From positions 1-15,446 of the forward strand of contig JBNJGP010000066.1 of NCBI GenBank assembly GCA_051747805.1: a stretch of 15,446 nt of DNA, written 5' to 3'. Positions within the stretch are counted from its first letter, which is position 1, and the number at the start of each line of letters is the position of its first letter. This document shows positions 1 to 8,098 of this stretch, piece after piece. Below the pieces are notes generated by a model. That model worked only from the letters and a program-made list of their open reading frames with translations, did no database searches and was not told the origin of the DNA. The translations under genes and the position numbers were made by a program. The stretch comes from Candidatus Muiribacteriota bacterium (GTDB taxonomy: Bacteria > Muiribacteriota > Muiribacteriia > Muiribacteriales > Muiribacteriaceae).

Positions 1-79
1 TGGACTGGATTACTGTCAGGAATATAGAAATCTCCCATATATTGGAGTCTGGGATGAAGGGAGCAAGTCAAATGAATGA
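1..79 (+). CDS. hpt: Hypoxanthine phosphoribosyltransferase, 3' end only (partial; not in the ORF track)
   Basis: The frame starting at nt 2 reads GLDYCQEYRNLPYIGVWDEGSKSNE*, matching the bacterial HPRT C-terminal motif GYGLDYxxxYRNLPYIG. TGA is at 77-79, so the gene overlaps the next start (ATG 72-74). Confidence 0.9.
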   Translation, partial: GLDYCQEYRNLPYIGVWDEGSKSNE

Positions 80-704
80 TAAAAACATTATTATTACACC
101 TATTGTTGTTGGAGAACTTGATACAAACTGTTATATTCTTTTTGATTTAGAAAATAAAAAAGCGGTCGTGATTGACCCGGGCGACGAGGGGGAGGTCATT
201 TTTGGCGAAATAGAGGCCAAGGGTTGCAGACTTGAGGCCATTATTAATACTCATGGACATATGGACCATATAGGAGCTAATAATTTTCTTATTGAAAAAA
301 CTTCTGCTAAACTTTATATTCATGAATTTGATACAGAACTGCTTCATAATCCAGAAAAAAATCTTTCCACTTTCTGTGGAAAAAATGTAGTTTCAAAAAA
401 GGCAGATGTTTTATTAAAAGAGGGAGATAAAATTAAGGCTGGAAATATTGAGCTTAATGTGTTGCATACACCGGGGCATTCGGCTGGAAGCATTTCTCTT
501 TTCACCGATAAAATTCTTTTTTCCGGGGATACTCTTTTTAAAAAATCAATAGGAAGAACAGATTTTATAAACAGTGATTTCAATCAGATTTTATCATCTA
601 TAAAGAAAAAATTGCTTACTCTTGACGGGCAGACAATTGTTTATCCCGGACACGGAGAAGAAACAACAATAAGTTATGAAAAAAGCAATAATCCTTTTGT
701 TTAG
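72..704 (+). CDS. MBL-fold metallo-hydrolase (glyoxalase II-like, YcbL/GloC type)
   Basis: Motifs TNCY, IDPG, THGHMDHIG (HxHxDH), HTPGHS, FSGDTLF, GRTD and YPGHG. Start moved from the track's TTG at 42 to ATG at 72, which follows AAGGGAG (57-63). Confidence 0.9.
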   Translation: MNDKNIIITPIVVGELDTNCYILFDLENKKAVVIDPGDEGEVIFGEIEAKGCRLEAIINTHGHMDHIGANNFLIEKTSAKLYIHEFDTELLHNPEKNLSTFCGKNVVSKKADVLLKEGDKIKAGNIELNVLHTPGHSAGSISLFTDKILFSGDTLFKKSIGRTDFINSDFNQILSSIKKKLLTLDGQTIVYPGHGEETTISYEKSNNPFV

Positions 705-740
705 AAAAGGTCAATAAAAATAACATAAAGGAGTATAGTA

Positions 741-1802
741 ATGAAGATATTAGCAGTAAATCCCGGATCAACCTCAACTAAAGTGGGTATTATTGAAAAT
801 AATGAACTTATTGAACAGTTTTCAATATCGCATCCAGCCGAAAAACTTGATGAATTTTCAGATTCAATTTCTCAGAAAGATTTCAGAACTAAAATAACTA
901 TTGATTTTTTAAAAGATAAATCAATTAATATTAATGAACTGGATGCAGTTGCGGGTAGAGGTGCGCCTATAAAACCTCTTAAAAGCGGGGTTTACAAAGT
1001 TAACGATAAAATGCTTCATGACTTAGAGCATAACGTAAAGGCGGATCACCCTTCCATTCTTGGGGCGATTATTGCCTTTGAAATTGGGCAGAAAGCGGGT
1101 ATTCCCAGTTTTATCGCCGACCCTGTTTCTGTTGATGAATTTGATGATATTGCAAGAATTTCTGGAATACCTGAACTTCCCAGAATTTCCCTTGGACATG
1201 CTTTAAATATAAAGGCTGTAGCCAAAAGATTTGAAAAAGAAAAAAACATTAAATATTCAGAAAGTAATATGATTATTTGTCATCTTGGAGGCGGAATAAC
1301 TATAAGCGCCCATAGAAAAGGGAAAATGGTTGATGTAAATAATGCCAATGATGACGGCCCATATTCTCCGGAACGCTCAGGCGGGCTTCCGGCTGGTCAA
1401 CTTGTTAAAATGTGTTTTTCGCAGAAGTATAATAACCCCAGAGAACTTCTCAAATATCTTACTAAAAAAGCAGGTTTGTTAGCTTATACCGGTTCAAATA
1501 ATGTTTCAGAAATAATGGAAAAAAGTAAAGAAAATAAAGATTTTACAATTATCATCGAAGGAATGATTTATCAGATTGCAAAAGAAATTGGTAAAATGGC
1601 AACTGTTTTAAAAGGAGAAGTTGATTATATTCTTCTGACAGGAGGTATAGCAAATAACAAAGAATTCTGTGCTCGAATTTCAAATTATACAGAATTTATT
1701 GCTCCTGTTCATGTTTATCCCGGAGAAAATGAATTACAGGCACTTGGAGAGGCAGTTGAAAGAGTTTTAAAAGGAGAAGAAGAGGATATAGAATATGTCT
1801 AA
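741..1802 (+). CDS. buk: Butyrate kinase family protein (Buk1, divergent acyl pocket)
   Basis: Motifs NPGSTSTK, DPVSVDE, HALN, HLGGG, DVNNA, SPERSG, LTGGIA and YPGENE. RBS AAGGAG at 728-733. Confidence 0.92.
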   Translation: MKILAVNPGSTSTKVGIIENNELIEQFSISHPAEKLDEFSDSISQKDFRTKITIDFLKDKSININELDAVAGRGAPIKPLKSGVYKVNDKMLHDLEHNVKADHPSILGAIIAFEIGQKAGIPSFIADPVSVDEFDDIARISGIPELPRISLGHALNIKAVAKRFEKEKNIKYSESNMIICHLGGGITISAHRKGKMVDVNNANDDGPYSPERSGGLPAGQLVKMCFSQKYNNPRELLKYLTKKAGLLAYTGSNNVSEIMEKSKENKDFTIIIEGMIYQIAKEIGKMATVLKGEVDYILLTGGIANNKEFCARISNYTEFIAPVHVYPGENELQALGEAVERVLKGEEEDIEYV

Positions 1803-2283
1803 AAAAGGTAAAACGGCAATTTACCCGGGGAGTTTTGACCCTGTAACTAATGGGCATCTTGATATTTTAAATAGAACTGCGGAACTTTTTGAAAAAGTTA
1901 TTATTGCTGTTGTTATAAATCCTAATAAAAAATCAAAATTTTCTGTAGAAAAAAGATTAGAATTACTAAAAAAAAGTATTGGTGATGCTTCTAATGTTGA
2001 AATTGACAGTTTTCATGGACTTTTAGTTGATTATGTTAAGCAAAAAAAAGGAGACGTAATTATCAGGGGCTTGAGGGCTGTTTCAGATTTTGAATATGAA
2101 TTTCAAATGGCGCATATAAATAAAAAGCTGGCCCCGGAAATTGAAACTGTTTTTATTTCAGCAGATAATCGTTATACTTTTATAAGCTCTAATGCTATAA
2201 AGGAAGTTGGTCATTTTGGCGGCGATATTAAGGATATGGTGCCGGAATGTGTTGCAGAGGAATTAGAAAAAATTAATAAATAA
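1795..2283 (+). CDS. coaD: Pantetheine-phosphate adenylyltransferase
   Basis: YPGSFDPVTNGHLDI (HxGH-type motif), IIRGLRAVSDFEYE and ISS motifs. 162 aa. Overlaps buk1 by 8 nt. Confidence 0.97.
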   Translation: MSKKGKTAIYPGSFDPVTNGHLDILNRTAELFEKVIIAVVINPNKKSKFSVEKRLELLKKSIGDASNVEIDSFHGLLVDYVKQKKGDVIIRGLRAVSDFEYEFQMAHINKKLAPEIETVFISADNRYTFISSNAIKEVGHFGGDIKDMVPECVAEELEKINK

Positions 2284-2298
2284 ATTCGGAGGAATAAT

Positions 2299-3198
2299 AT
2301 GTTTAAGTCAATTGATGAATTAAAAGCAAAGGCCAGCGAAGATAAAAAAACTTTGTCCGTGGCTGTTGCTCAGGATGCTGAGGTTTTAATTGCAGTTGAT
2401 AATGCTAAAAAAGCTGATGTGGTTGAACCTCTTCTTGTGGGAGATGAAGAAAAAATTAGACAAATCGCCGAAAAAAACTCTATTGATATTTCATCATGGG
2501 AAATTCAGAACGTAAAAGATGACAGTCAGGCCGCACTGCAGGCCGTAAAAAATGTTTCTTCTGGAAAAGCTGATATGATTATGAAAGGACTTGTCTCAAC
2601 AGGTGTTTTTTTAAAAGCAGTTTTAAACAAAGAATTTGGATTAAGGGCTGGGAATCTTCTATCACATGTTGCCATAGTTGAAACTCCTAACTATCATAAA
2701 TTGCTTGCTGTAACAGACGCGGCTATGAATATTGCGCCAGATTTAAATGCAAAAATTGATATTATAAAAAATTCTTCAAAAGTAATGAAATCACTTGGGG
2801 TTGAAGTTCCTAAAGTTGCTTGTCTGGGTGCAGTTGAATCGGTAAACCCTGGTATGGAAGCTACCCTGGATGCGGCTATACTTTCTAAAATGAACGATCG
2901 TAAACAGATAAAAGGCTGTCTTGTTGACGGTCCGCTTGCGCTTGATAATGCTATTTCTAAAAAGGCTGCTGCCCATAAAGGGATTGTTTCAGACGTTGCC
3001 GGTGATGCTGACGTGCTGCTTTTACCAGATATCGAGGCGGGAAATGTTTTATATAAAGCGCTTGTATTTCTTGCAAAAGTTAAGCTGGCAGCAATTATTG
3101 TTGGGGCAAAAGCACCTATAGTTCTTACCTCAAGAGCCGACAGCGATGAAACTAAACTTAACTCAATAGCACTTGCAGCGGCGTGTGTTATTAACTAA
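2299..3198 (+). CDS. ptb: Phosphate butyryltransferase (Ptb1)
   Basis: Motifs VAVAQD, MKGLVST, LLSHVA, TDAAMNIAPDL, VDGPLALDNA, PDIEAGNVLYK and GAKAPIVLTSRADS. RBS GGAGG upstream. Confidence 0.93.
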   Translation: MFKSIDELKAKASEDKKTLSVAVAQDAEVLIAVDNAKKADVVEPLLVGDEEKIRQIAEKNSIDISSWEIQNVKDDSQAALQAVKNVSSGKADMIMKGLVSTGVFLKAVLNKEFGLRAGNLLSHVAIVETPNYHKLLAVTDAAMNIAPDLNAKIDIIKNSSKVMKSLGVEVPKVACLGAVESVNPGMEATLDAAILSKMNDRKQIKGCLVDGPLALDNAISKKAAAHKGIVSDVAGDADVLLLPDIEAGNVLYKALVFLAKVKLAAIIVGAKAPIVLTSRADSDETKLNSIALAAACVIN

Positions 3199-3228
3199 TT
3201 AACAACTAATTATCCTGGAGGATTTTTT

Positions 3229-4122
3229 ATGTATAAATCTTTTGACGACCTTATTGAAGCGGCTCAGAAAATGGGAGAAAAAAGAAAAATTGCTGTTGTA
3301 AAAGGAGCTGATAAAGGTGTTATAGAAGCAATGAAAATGGCTGCAGAAAAACAAATGGCCGAGCCTGTGTTTATTGATGATGAAAAAAAACTTAAAGAGC
3401 TTGGGGCTGATTTCAAAGGTGCCCTGCTTGTACATGCAGAATCAGAACAGGAAGCTGCCGCAAAGGGAGTGGAGTTAATAAAGAAAGATAGGGCTCAGAT
3501 GCTGATGAAAGGAAAGATAAAAACAGGAACTTTTCTTAAGGCGGTTGTTAATAAAGAAACAGGTATAACTGGTAAAAACATATTGTCACATGTGCTGGTT
3601 TTTGAAAAAGACAATCAGCTTAGAATTGTAACTGATGGTGGAATGATTCCTGAACCTGATTTAAATCAGAAAGTAGAAATAATTAAAAATGCTTCAACTA
3701 TTATGAAATCAATTGGAGCGGAAGTTCCCAGAGTAGCTCCTTTGTGCGCTGTAGAAACGGTTAATCCAGATATGAAAGATACTGTTGAAGCCGCTTTGTT
3801 AACTCAAATGAACAGGAGAAAACAGATTAAAGATTGTATAGTTGATGGTCCACTTGCCCTTGATAACGCTGTTTCCGAAGAAGCCGCTGCCCAAAAGGGA
3901 ATTGTTTCTGATGTGGCCGGGAAGGCTGATATTCTAGTTGTTCCTGATATTGAGGCGGGAAATATACTTGGAAAATCTTTAATTTATTTTGCTCGTGCTG
4001 AAAGTGGCGGTCTTATAGCAGGAGCACAGGCACCTGTTATTATGCTTTCAAGAGCAGATACAAGTAAGACAAAACTTAACTCTATAGCCCTGGCTATTGT
4101 TTGCTCCAGCGGAAGGGAGTAA
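3229..4122 (+). CDS. ptb: Phosphate butyryltransferase / phosphate acyltransferase paralog (Ptb2)
   Basis: Motifs MKGKIKTG, ILSHV, TDGGM, VDGPLALDNA, PDIEAGNILGK and GAQAPVIMLSRAD. Colinear with Ptb1. RBS GGAGG upstream. Confidence 0.88.
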   Translation: MYKSFDDLIEAAQKMGEKRKIAVVKGADKGVIEAMKMAAEKQMAEPVFIDDEKKLKELGADFKGALLVHAESEQEAAAKGVELIKKDRAQMLMKGKIKTGTFLKAVVNKETGITGKNILSHVLVFEKDNQLRIVTDGGMIPEPDLNQKVEIIKNASTIMKSIGAEVPRVAPLCAVETVNPDMKDTVEAALLTQMNRRKQIKDCIVDGPLALDNAVSEEAAAQKGIVSDVAGKADILVVPDIEAGNILGKSLIYFARAESGGLIAGAQAPVIMLSRADTSKTKLNSIALAIVCSSGRE

Positions 4123-4127
4123 TTATT

Positions 4128-5249
4128 ATGAATGAAAAAGAAAAATATAAATTACATCGAAATGTAATAACACAGATACCGGAATATGTTGCCGGAAAAT
4201 CTATTGATGAGGTAATGAAAGAGCATAATTTATCTGAAGTTGTAAAACTTGCCTCAAATGAAAATATTTTAGGCCCTTCAAAAAAAGCCGTTGAGGCAAT
4301 AAAGGCGAATTTAAAAAATCTGAATCTTTATCCTGACCCTCAGGCTTCGGCTTTAAGACAGAAAATTGCCCGTAATATCGGCGTAGAACCAGAAAACATT
4401 ATTGCCGGTAATGGTTCGGATGAGTTGATTTCCTTAATATCAATGGTTTTTTTACATAGAAACGAGGAAATAATTATGCCCTGGCCATCGTTTATCAGAT
4501 ATCTTCATAATGCTATAATAATGGAGGCTGAACCGGTTCTTGTAAAGCTTGATTCGAATTTTGCCTATGATACAAAAAGTATTGTTGATTCAGTTACCTA
4601 TAAAACAAAATTTGTTTACATTACAAATCCTAATAATCCAACTGGCAGAATAATGAATCGTGAACAGATGGAATATATGATTGAGGGTTGTCCCGATGAG
4701 ATTATTCTTATTATTGATGAGGCTTATAAGGAATATGTTGAAGATCCCGATTATCCTGAAAGTGTTGAGCTGGTAAAAAAATATCCGAATAAAAACGTTA
4801 TTATACTTAGAACTTTCTCTAAATTATATGGGCTTGCTGGTTTAAGATGTGGTTACGGGATCAGCAGAAAACCAATTATTAATATGCTCAACAGGGTAAA
4901 ACCACCATTCAATCTTAATTCTATGGCACAAATCGCAGCAACGGCCGCTATTGATGATACAGAACATTTTAAAAAAAGTTTTAATCTGATAAAAAAAGAA
5001 AAAGAGTATATTTATAAAAAACTTCTGGAAAAAAATGTCAGATTTGTACCTTCTGAAACCAACTTTATTCTTATTGATACTGGAATGGATGGTGAAGAAA
5101 TATTTGCTAAACTTCAGCAGAAAGGCGTAATAGTCCGGGATATGAAAATGTATAAAATGGATAATTTTATTAGAATAACAATTGGTACAAGGGAGCAAAA
5201 TAAAAAGTTACTCAACAATCTTTTTGAAATAATTGGGAGGAATAAATGA
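4128..5249 (+). CDS. hisC: Histidinol-phosphate aminotransferase family PLP enzyme
   Basis: Motifs YVAGK, KLASNEN, YPD, GNGSDELI, NPNNPTG, IDEAY, RTFSKLYGLAGLR (PLP lysine), GVIVR and IRITIG. Start moved to ATG 4128 (AAGGGAG at 4113-4119). Confidence 0.9.
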   Translation: MNEKEKYKLHRNVITQIPEYVAGKSIDEVMKEHNLSEVVKLASNENILGPSKKAVEAIKANLKNLNLYPDPQASALRQKIARNIGVEPENIIAGNGSDELISLISMVFLHRNEEIIMPWPSFIRYLHNAIIMEAEPVLVKLDSNFAYDTKSIVDSVTYKTKFVYITNPNNPTGRIMNREQMEYMIEGCPDEIILIIDEAYKEYVEDPDYPESVELVKKYPNKNVIILRTFSKLYGLAGLRCGYGISRKPIINMLNRVKPPFNLNSMAQIAATAAIDDTEHFKKSFNLIKKEKEYIYKKLLEKNVRFVPSETNFILIDTGMDGEEIFAKLQQKGVIVRDMKMYKMDNFIRITIGTREQNKKLLNNLFEIIGRNK

Positions 5250-6313
5250 AAATTTTGGTAATTAATCCAGGTTCAACCTCAACTAAACTTGCGGTTTATG
5301 AGGAAAAAAAACTTCTTCTTGAAGAAACATTAAGACATGAGGCAAAAGAACTTGAACCATTTGACAAGCTTATTGACCAATATGATTTCAGACAGAAAAT
5401 TATTAATCAATTTCTGGAAAAAAATGGGTATAAAATTGGAGAATTCTCTGGTATTATCGGTCGTGGCGGCTTATTAAAGCCTATTGAAAGCGGAGTTTAT
5501 AAAGTTAATAATAATATGCTTGAAGATTTAAAAGCCGGTAAGTATGGAGAACATGCTTCTAATCTTGGTGCAATACTCGCATATGAAATAAGCAAAAATG
5601 CAGGTTGTGATGCTTTTATTGCAGACCCTGTTGTTGTTGATGAAATGCAGGATGTTGCAAGATTATCAGGAATCCCGGAAATTCCAAGAATTTCAATTTT
5701 TCATGCTTTAAATCAAAAAGCTTCCGCTAAAAAAGCGGCAGCCGATCTGGGTAAAAATTATAATGACTGTTCTTTAATAGTTGCACATCTTGGGGGTGGA
5801 GTTTCTGTAGGAGCTCATAAAAATGGGAAAGTTATCGATGTGAACAATGCTCTTGACGGAGACGGTCCTTTTTCGCCAGAACGTTCCGGTGGAGTACCAA
5901 TTGGTGGACTTGTAAAGTTATGTTTTTCCGGAAAGTACGATATAAATGATATTAAAAAGAAAATAAAAGGCAAGGGTGGTCTGGTAGCCTATCTTGGAAC
6001 TAACAGTGCTATGGAAATACAGGACAGGGCTGAAAATAACGATAAAGAGGCTTTGCTTACTTATCAGGCAATGGCGTATCAGGTTGCAAAGGAAATAGGG
6101 CAGCTGGCGGCTGTTTTAAAAGGTAAGGTGGACGCGATTATTCTTACAGGTGGAATAGCCCATGATAAAGATCTTCTTGTTCCATGGATTAAAGAAAGAG
6201 TTGAATTTATAGCTCCTGTTCATATTTATCCCGGAGAAAACGAAATGGAAGCATTAAATTCAGCTTGCGTGGAAGCATTAGAAAATCCTAAACTGATTAA
6301 AGATTATAAATAA
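5246..6313 (+). CDS. buk: Butyrate kinase (Buk2, canonical motifs)
   Basis: Motifs NPGSTSTK, GRGGLLKP, HASNLG, DPVVVDE, SIFHALNQKA, HLGGG, DVNNALDGDGPFSPERSG and YPGENE. ATGA overlap with hisC. RBS GGGAGG. Confidence 0.95.
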   Translation: MKILVINPGSTSTKLAVYEEKKLLLEETLRHEAKELEPFDKLIDQYDFRQKIINQFLEKNGYKIGEFSGIIGRGGLLKPIESGVYKVNNNMLEDLKAGKYGEHASNLGAILAYEISKNAGCDAFIADPVVVDEMQDVARLSGIPEIPRISIFHALNQKASAKKAAADLGKNYNDCSLIVAHLGGGVSVGAHKNGKVIDVNNALDGDGPFSPERSGGVPIGGLVKLCFSGKYDINDIKKKIKGKGGLVAYLGTNSAMEIQDRAENNDKEALLTYQAMAYQVAKEIGQLAAVLKGKVDAIILTGGIAHDKDLLVPWIKERVEFIAPVHIYPGENEMEALNSACVEALENPKLIKDYK

Positions 6314-6331
6314 CTTGAGTTTAGCAAATTT
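6314..6331 (+). repeat. Left copy of an 18-bp inverted repeat pair (CTTGAGTTTAGCAAATTT)
   Basis: Exact reverse complement of 10680-10697 (AAATTTGCTAAACTCAAG). Begins at the first base after the buk2 stop codon. Confidence 0.85.
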
Positions 6332-6357
6332 TTTTAACTTAAAAAAAGGAAAAACAG

Positions 6358-8094
6358 ATGGCAGAAAAAAATAAAAATATGGATAAACTCGATAAACTTG
6401 ATTTAGATATTTCTGAAATTGAAAAAAAAGTCGAGGATATTGAACAAGATATTTCAGGAAACGGCAAAAAGAAGCCTGAGAAAAAATCAAAACAGTCTAA
6501 AACTTTTTATTCTAAAAACAGGGATGTTTTTCAAAATAAAGTTCATCCAGAAGGGGTCGAGTTCAGCACATTAGAATTAGAAACTGGTATGAAAATGGCT
6601 GGGCCTGTTTATCGTAATGACCAGCTTATTATTGATTCAGACACCCAAATAGACGGACGGAAATTAGAGTTTCTTCAAAAAAATCTCGAAAGTGTTTATG
6701 TAATACCAAAAGCTGTGGATCCTGAAGAGGAAAAAAGAAAAAAAAGCGAGGAGTTTAACAAAAAAGTAAATGATGCTTTAAAAGATGCAGTTAATACTGG
6801 TCAAAATGAAAGTCTTAAAGAATTATTAAATTCTTCTTCACAGAGTATTGAAACATTTCAGATTGTTATTGATAATTTACAAACGAAAGAAAGAAATGAA
6901 AACGTAGATAAAGTATTTAATACTCTTTTAATGTATTATGACATGACTATAAGAGAAATGACTCTTAAGGGAATTAAAAATTATAATTTAGAATTTTTTT
7001 ATGAACAGCTTTTTAAATCCTTTATTGAATTTGAATACGAAGATTTTGAATCAAGCGATTTTGCGATTAAAAACCTGAGTAAGATGTTTAAAGAAAAAAA
7101 TAAATCTTTTTTCTTTACATTAAACAGTTATTATGAAGTGCTTGATGAGGATAAAAAAGAATATATACTTTCCCTTGTTAAGGGACTGGGAAAAGAAAAG
7201 ATGAAAAAGCTTCTTTTTTATTATGCAAATAATGATGAAACTAGAGATACTGCCTATGATATTCTAAATCTTTTGAAAAATAGCATGGGAATTGAAACAG
7301 GGAAAAAAGTTATTAAAAATAATAATAAAAAAGATTTTGAAAAAAAGGATAATACCTTAAGTTTTGCTGCTATAGTTAAAGAAATTCAGGAAAGAAAAGA
7401 AAGAAAGAAAAAAATCCTGGAAAAATTTGGTAAAAAAAATTTTTCTGTGCAAAAAAATCAGAAAACAAATGTGAAAAAAAACGTAATAAAACTTGAAGTG
7501 GGGGACGCAACTAACGAGGCTGTTTTTGATAATGATGGAAATATTATTCTTCCGTCAGATACTGTTTTAACAGAGGATAATATTTCATTTCTGCAAAAAA
7601 ATATGCCGGGTAGAGAAATTGAAGTTTATAGTTTGAATGAATATTATAATTCTTTTTTATCAATTACGGAGTCTCTGGAAAAAACAGCTGATAAACTTGA
7701 GCTGTATATATTTTTTTCAAATAAAAGTTTTGGAAGAAGTGAGCTTGAAACACTTGGAATTGTTTTAAATTTTCCTGATGAAGAACTTAAAATTGAATCT
7801 TTAAAATATATTATTACTAATCTTTCACCTAAAAGATTCTATTATATTATTGAAGCTTTAAAACTGGATATTGAAGAATCTCCGCTTATAATAAAAGATT
7901 ATTTTGAGGCAAAAAATGATATTTTTTCAATGAAATTATTTGTGAAAATTCTTGCCGAAAAGGGGGATTTAAAATTAATAAAAAAGGCTAAAAAAATTTT
8001 TAATGCTTCTGATAAACTCAAAAATATGCTGAAGGCAATAATTTCTAATTCTTCGCCGGCCGGAAAAAAAGTTTGTATAGAGCTTATTTCTTAA
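6358..8094 (+). CDS. Hypothetical protein with two copies of a ~45-aa module, each followed by a helical (HEAT-like) region
   Basis: 578-aa ORF with AAGGA upstream. The internal repeats at aa ~72-116 and ~377-424 share LExG, V[YF]xND, SDT and FLQKN. Confidence 0.75.
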   Translation: MAEKNKNMDKLDKLDLDISEIEKKVEDIEQDISGNGKKKPEKKSKQSKTFYSKNRDVFQNKVHPEGVEFSTLELETGMKMAGPVYRNDQLIIDSDTQIDGRKLEFLQKNLESVYVIPKAVDPEEEKRKKSEEFNKKVNDALKDAVNTGQNESLKELLNSSSQSIETFQIVIDNLQTKERNENVDKVFNTLLMYYDMTIREMTLKGIKNYNLEFFYEQLFKSFIEFEYEDFESSDFAIKNLSKMFKEKNKSFFFTLNSYYEVLDEDKKEYILSLVKGLGKEKMKKLLFYYANNDETRDTAYDILNLLKNSMGIETGKKVIKNNNKKDFEKKDNTLSFAAIVKEIQERKERKKKILEKFGKKNFSVQKNQKTNVKKNVIKLEVGDATNEAVFDNDGNIILPSDTVLTEDNISFLQKNMPGREIEVYSLNEYYNSFLSITESLEKTADKLELYIFFSNKSFGRSELETLGIVLNFPDEELKIESLKYIITNLSPKRFYYIIEALKLDIEESPLIIKDYFEAKNDIFSMKLFVKILAEKGDLKLIKKAKKIFNASDKLKNMLKAIISNSSPAGKKVCIELIS

Positions 8095-8098
8095 CAAC

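Noticed and set aside
42..71. Upstream TTG starts given by the track (42, and likewise 4101 and 10684)
   Set aside because: Downstream ATGs at 72, 4128 and 10723 have Shine-Dalgarno sequences at proper spacing and avoid long overlaps or the palindrome.
2042..2049. Poly-A tracts of 7-9 nt in several genes as phase-variation sites
   Set aside because: They are frequent throughout as Lys codon runs in an AT-rich genome, and all the reading frames are intact.
2285..2298. TTCGGAGGAATAAT also present on the - strand upstream of the STAS-TPR gene (about 15345-15358)
   Set aside because: Both copies are ribosome-binding-site contexts, so the similarity is explained by Shine-Dalgarno consensus.
6315..6342. 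11-6-11 geometry suggesting a dif (XerCD) site
   Set aside because: The arms do not resemble the XerC/XerD consensus (no TTATGTTAAAT-like arm).
6329..6347. TTTTTTTAA-C-TTAAAAAAA inverted repeat after buk2 as a terminator
   Set aside because: The arms are A/T only with a 1-nt loop and no GC stem, too weak to call in AT-rich DNA.
147..6490. Short antisense or alternate-frame ORFs in the track (147-347, 344-583, 1046-1249, 2791-2976, 2921-3121, 3199-3435, 4842-5198, 6278-6490)
   Set aside because: They overlap well-supported genes, show no recognisable motifs, and look like shadow ORFs of AT-rich coding sequence.
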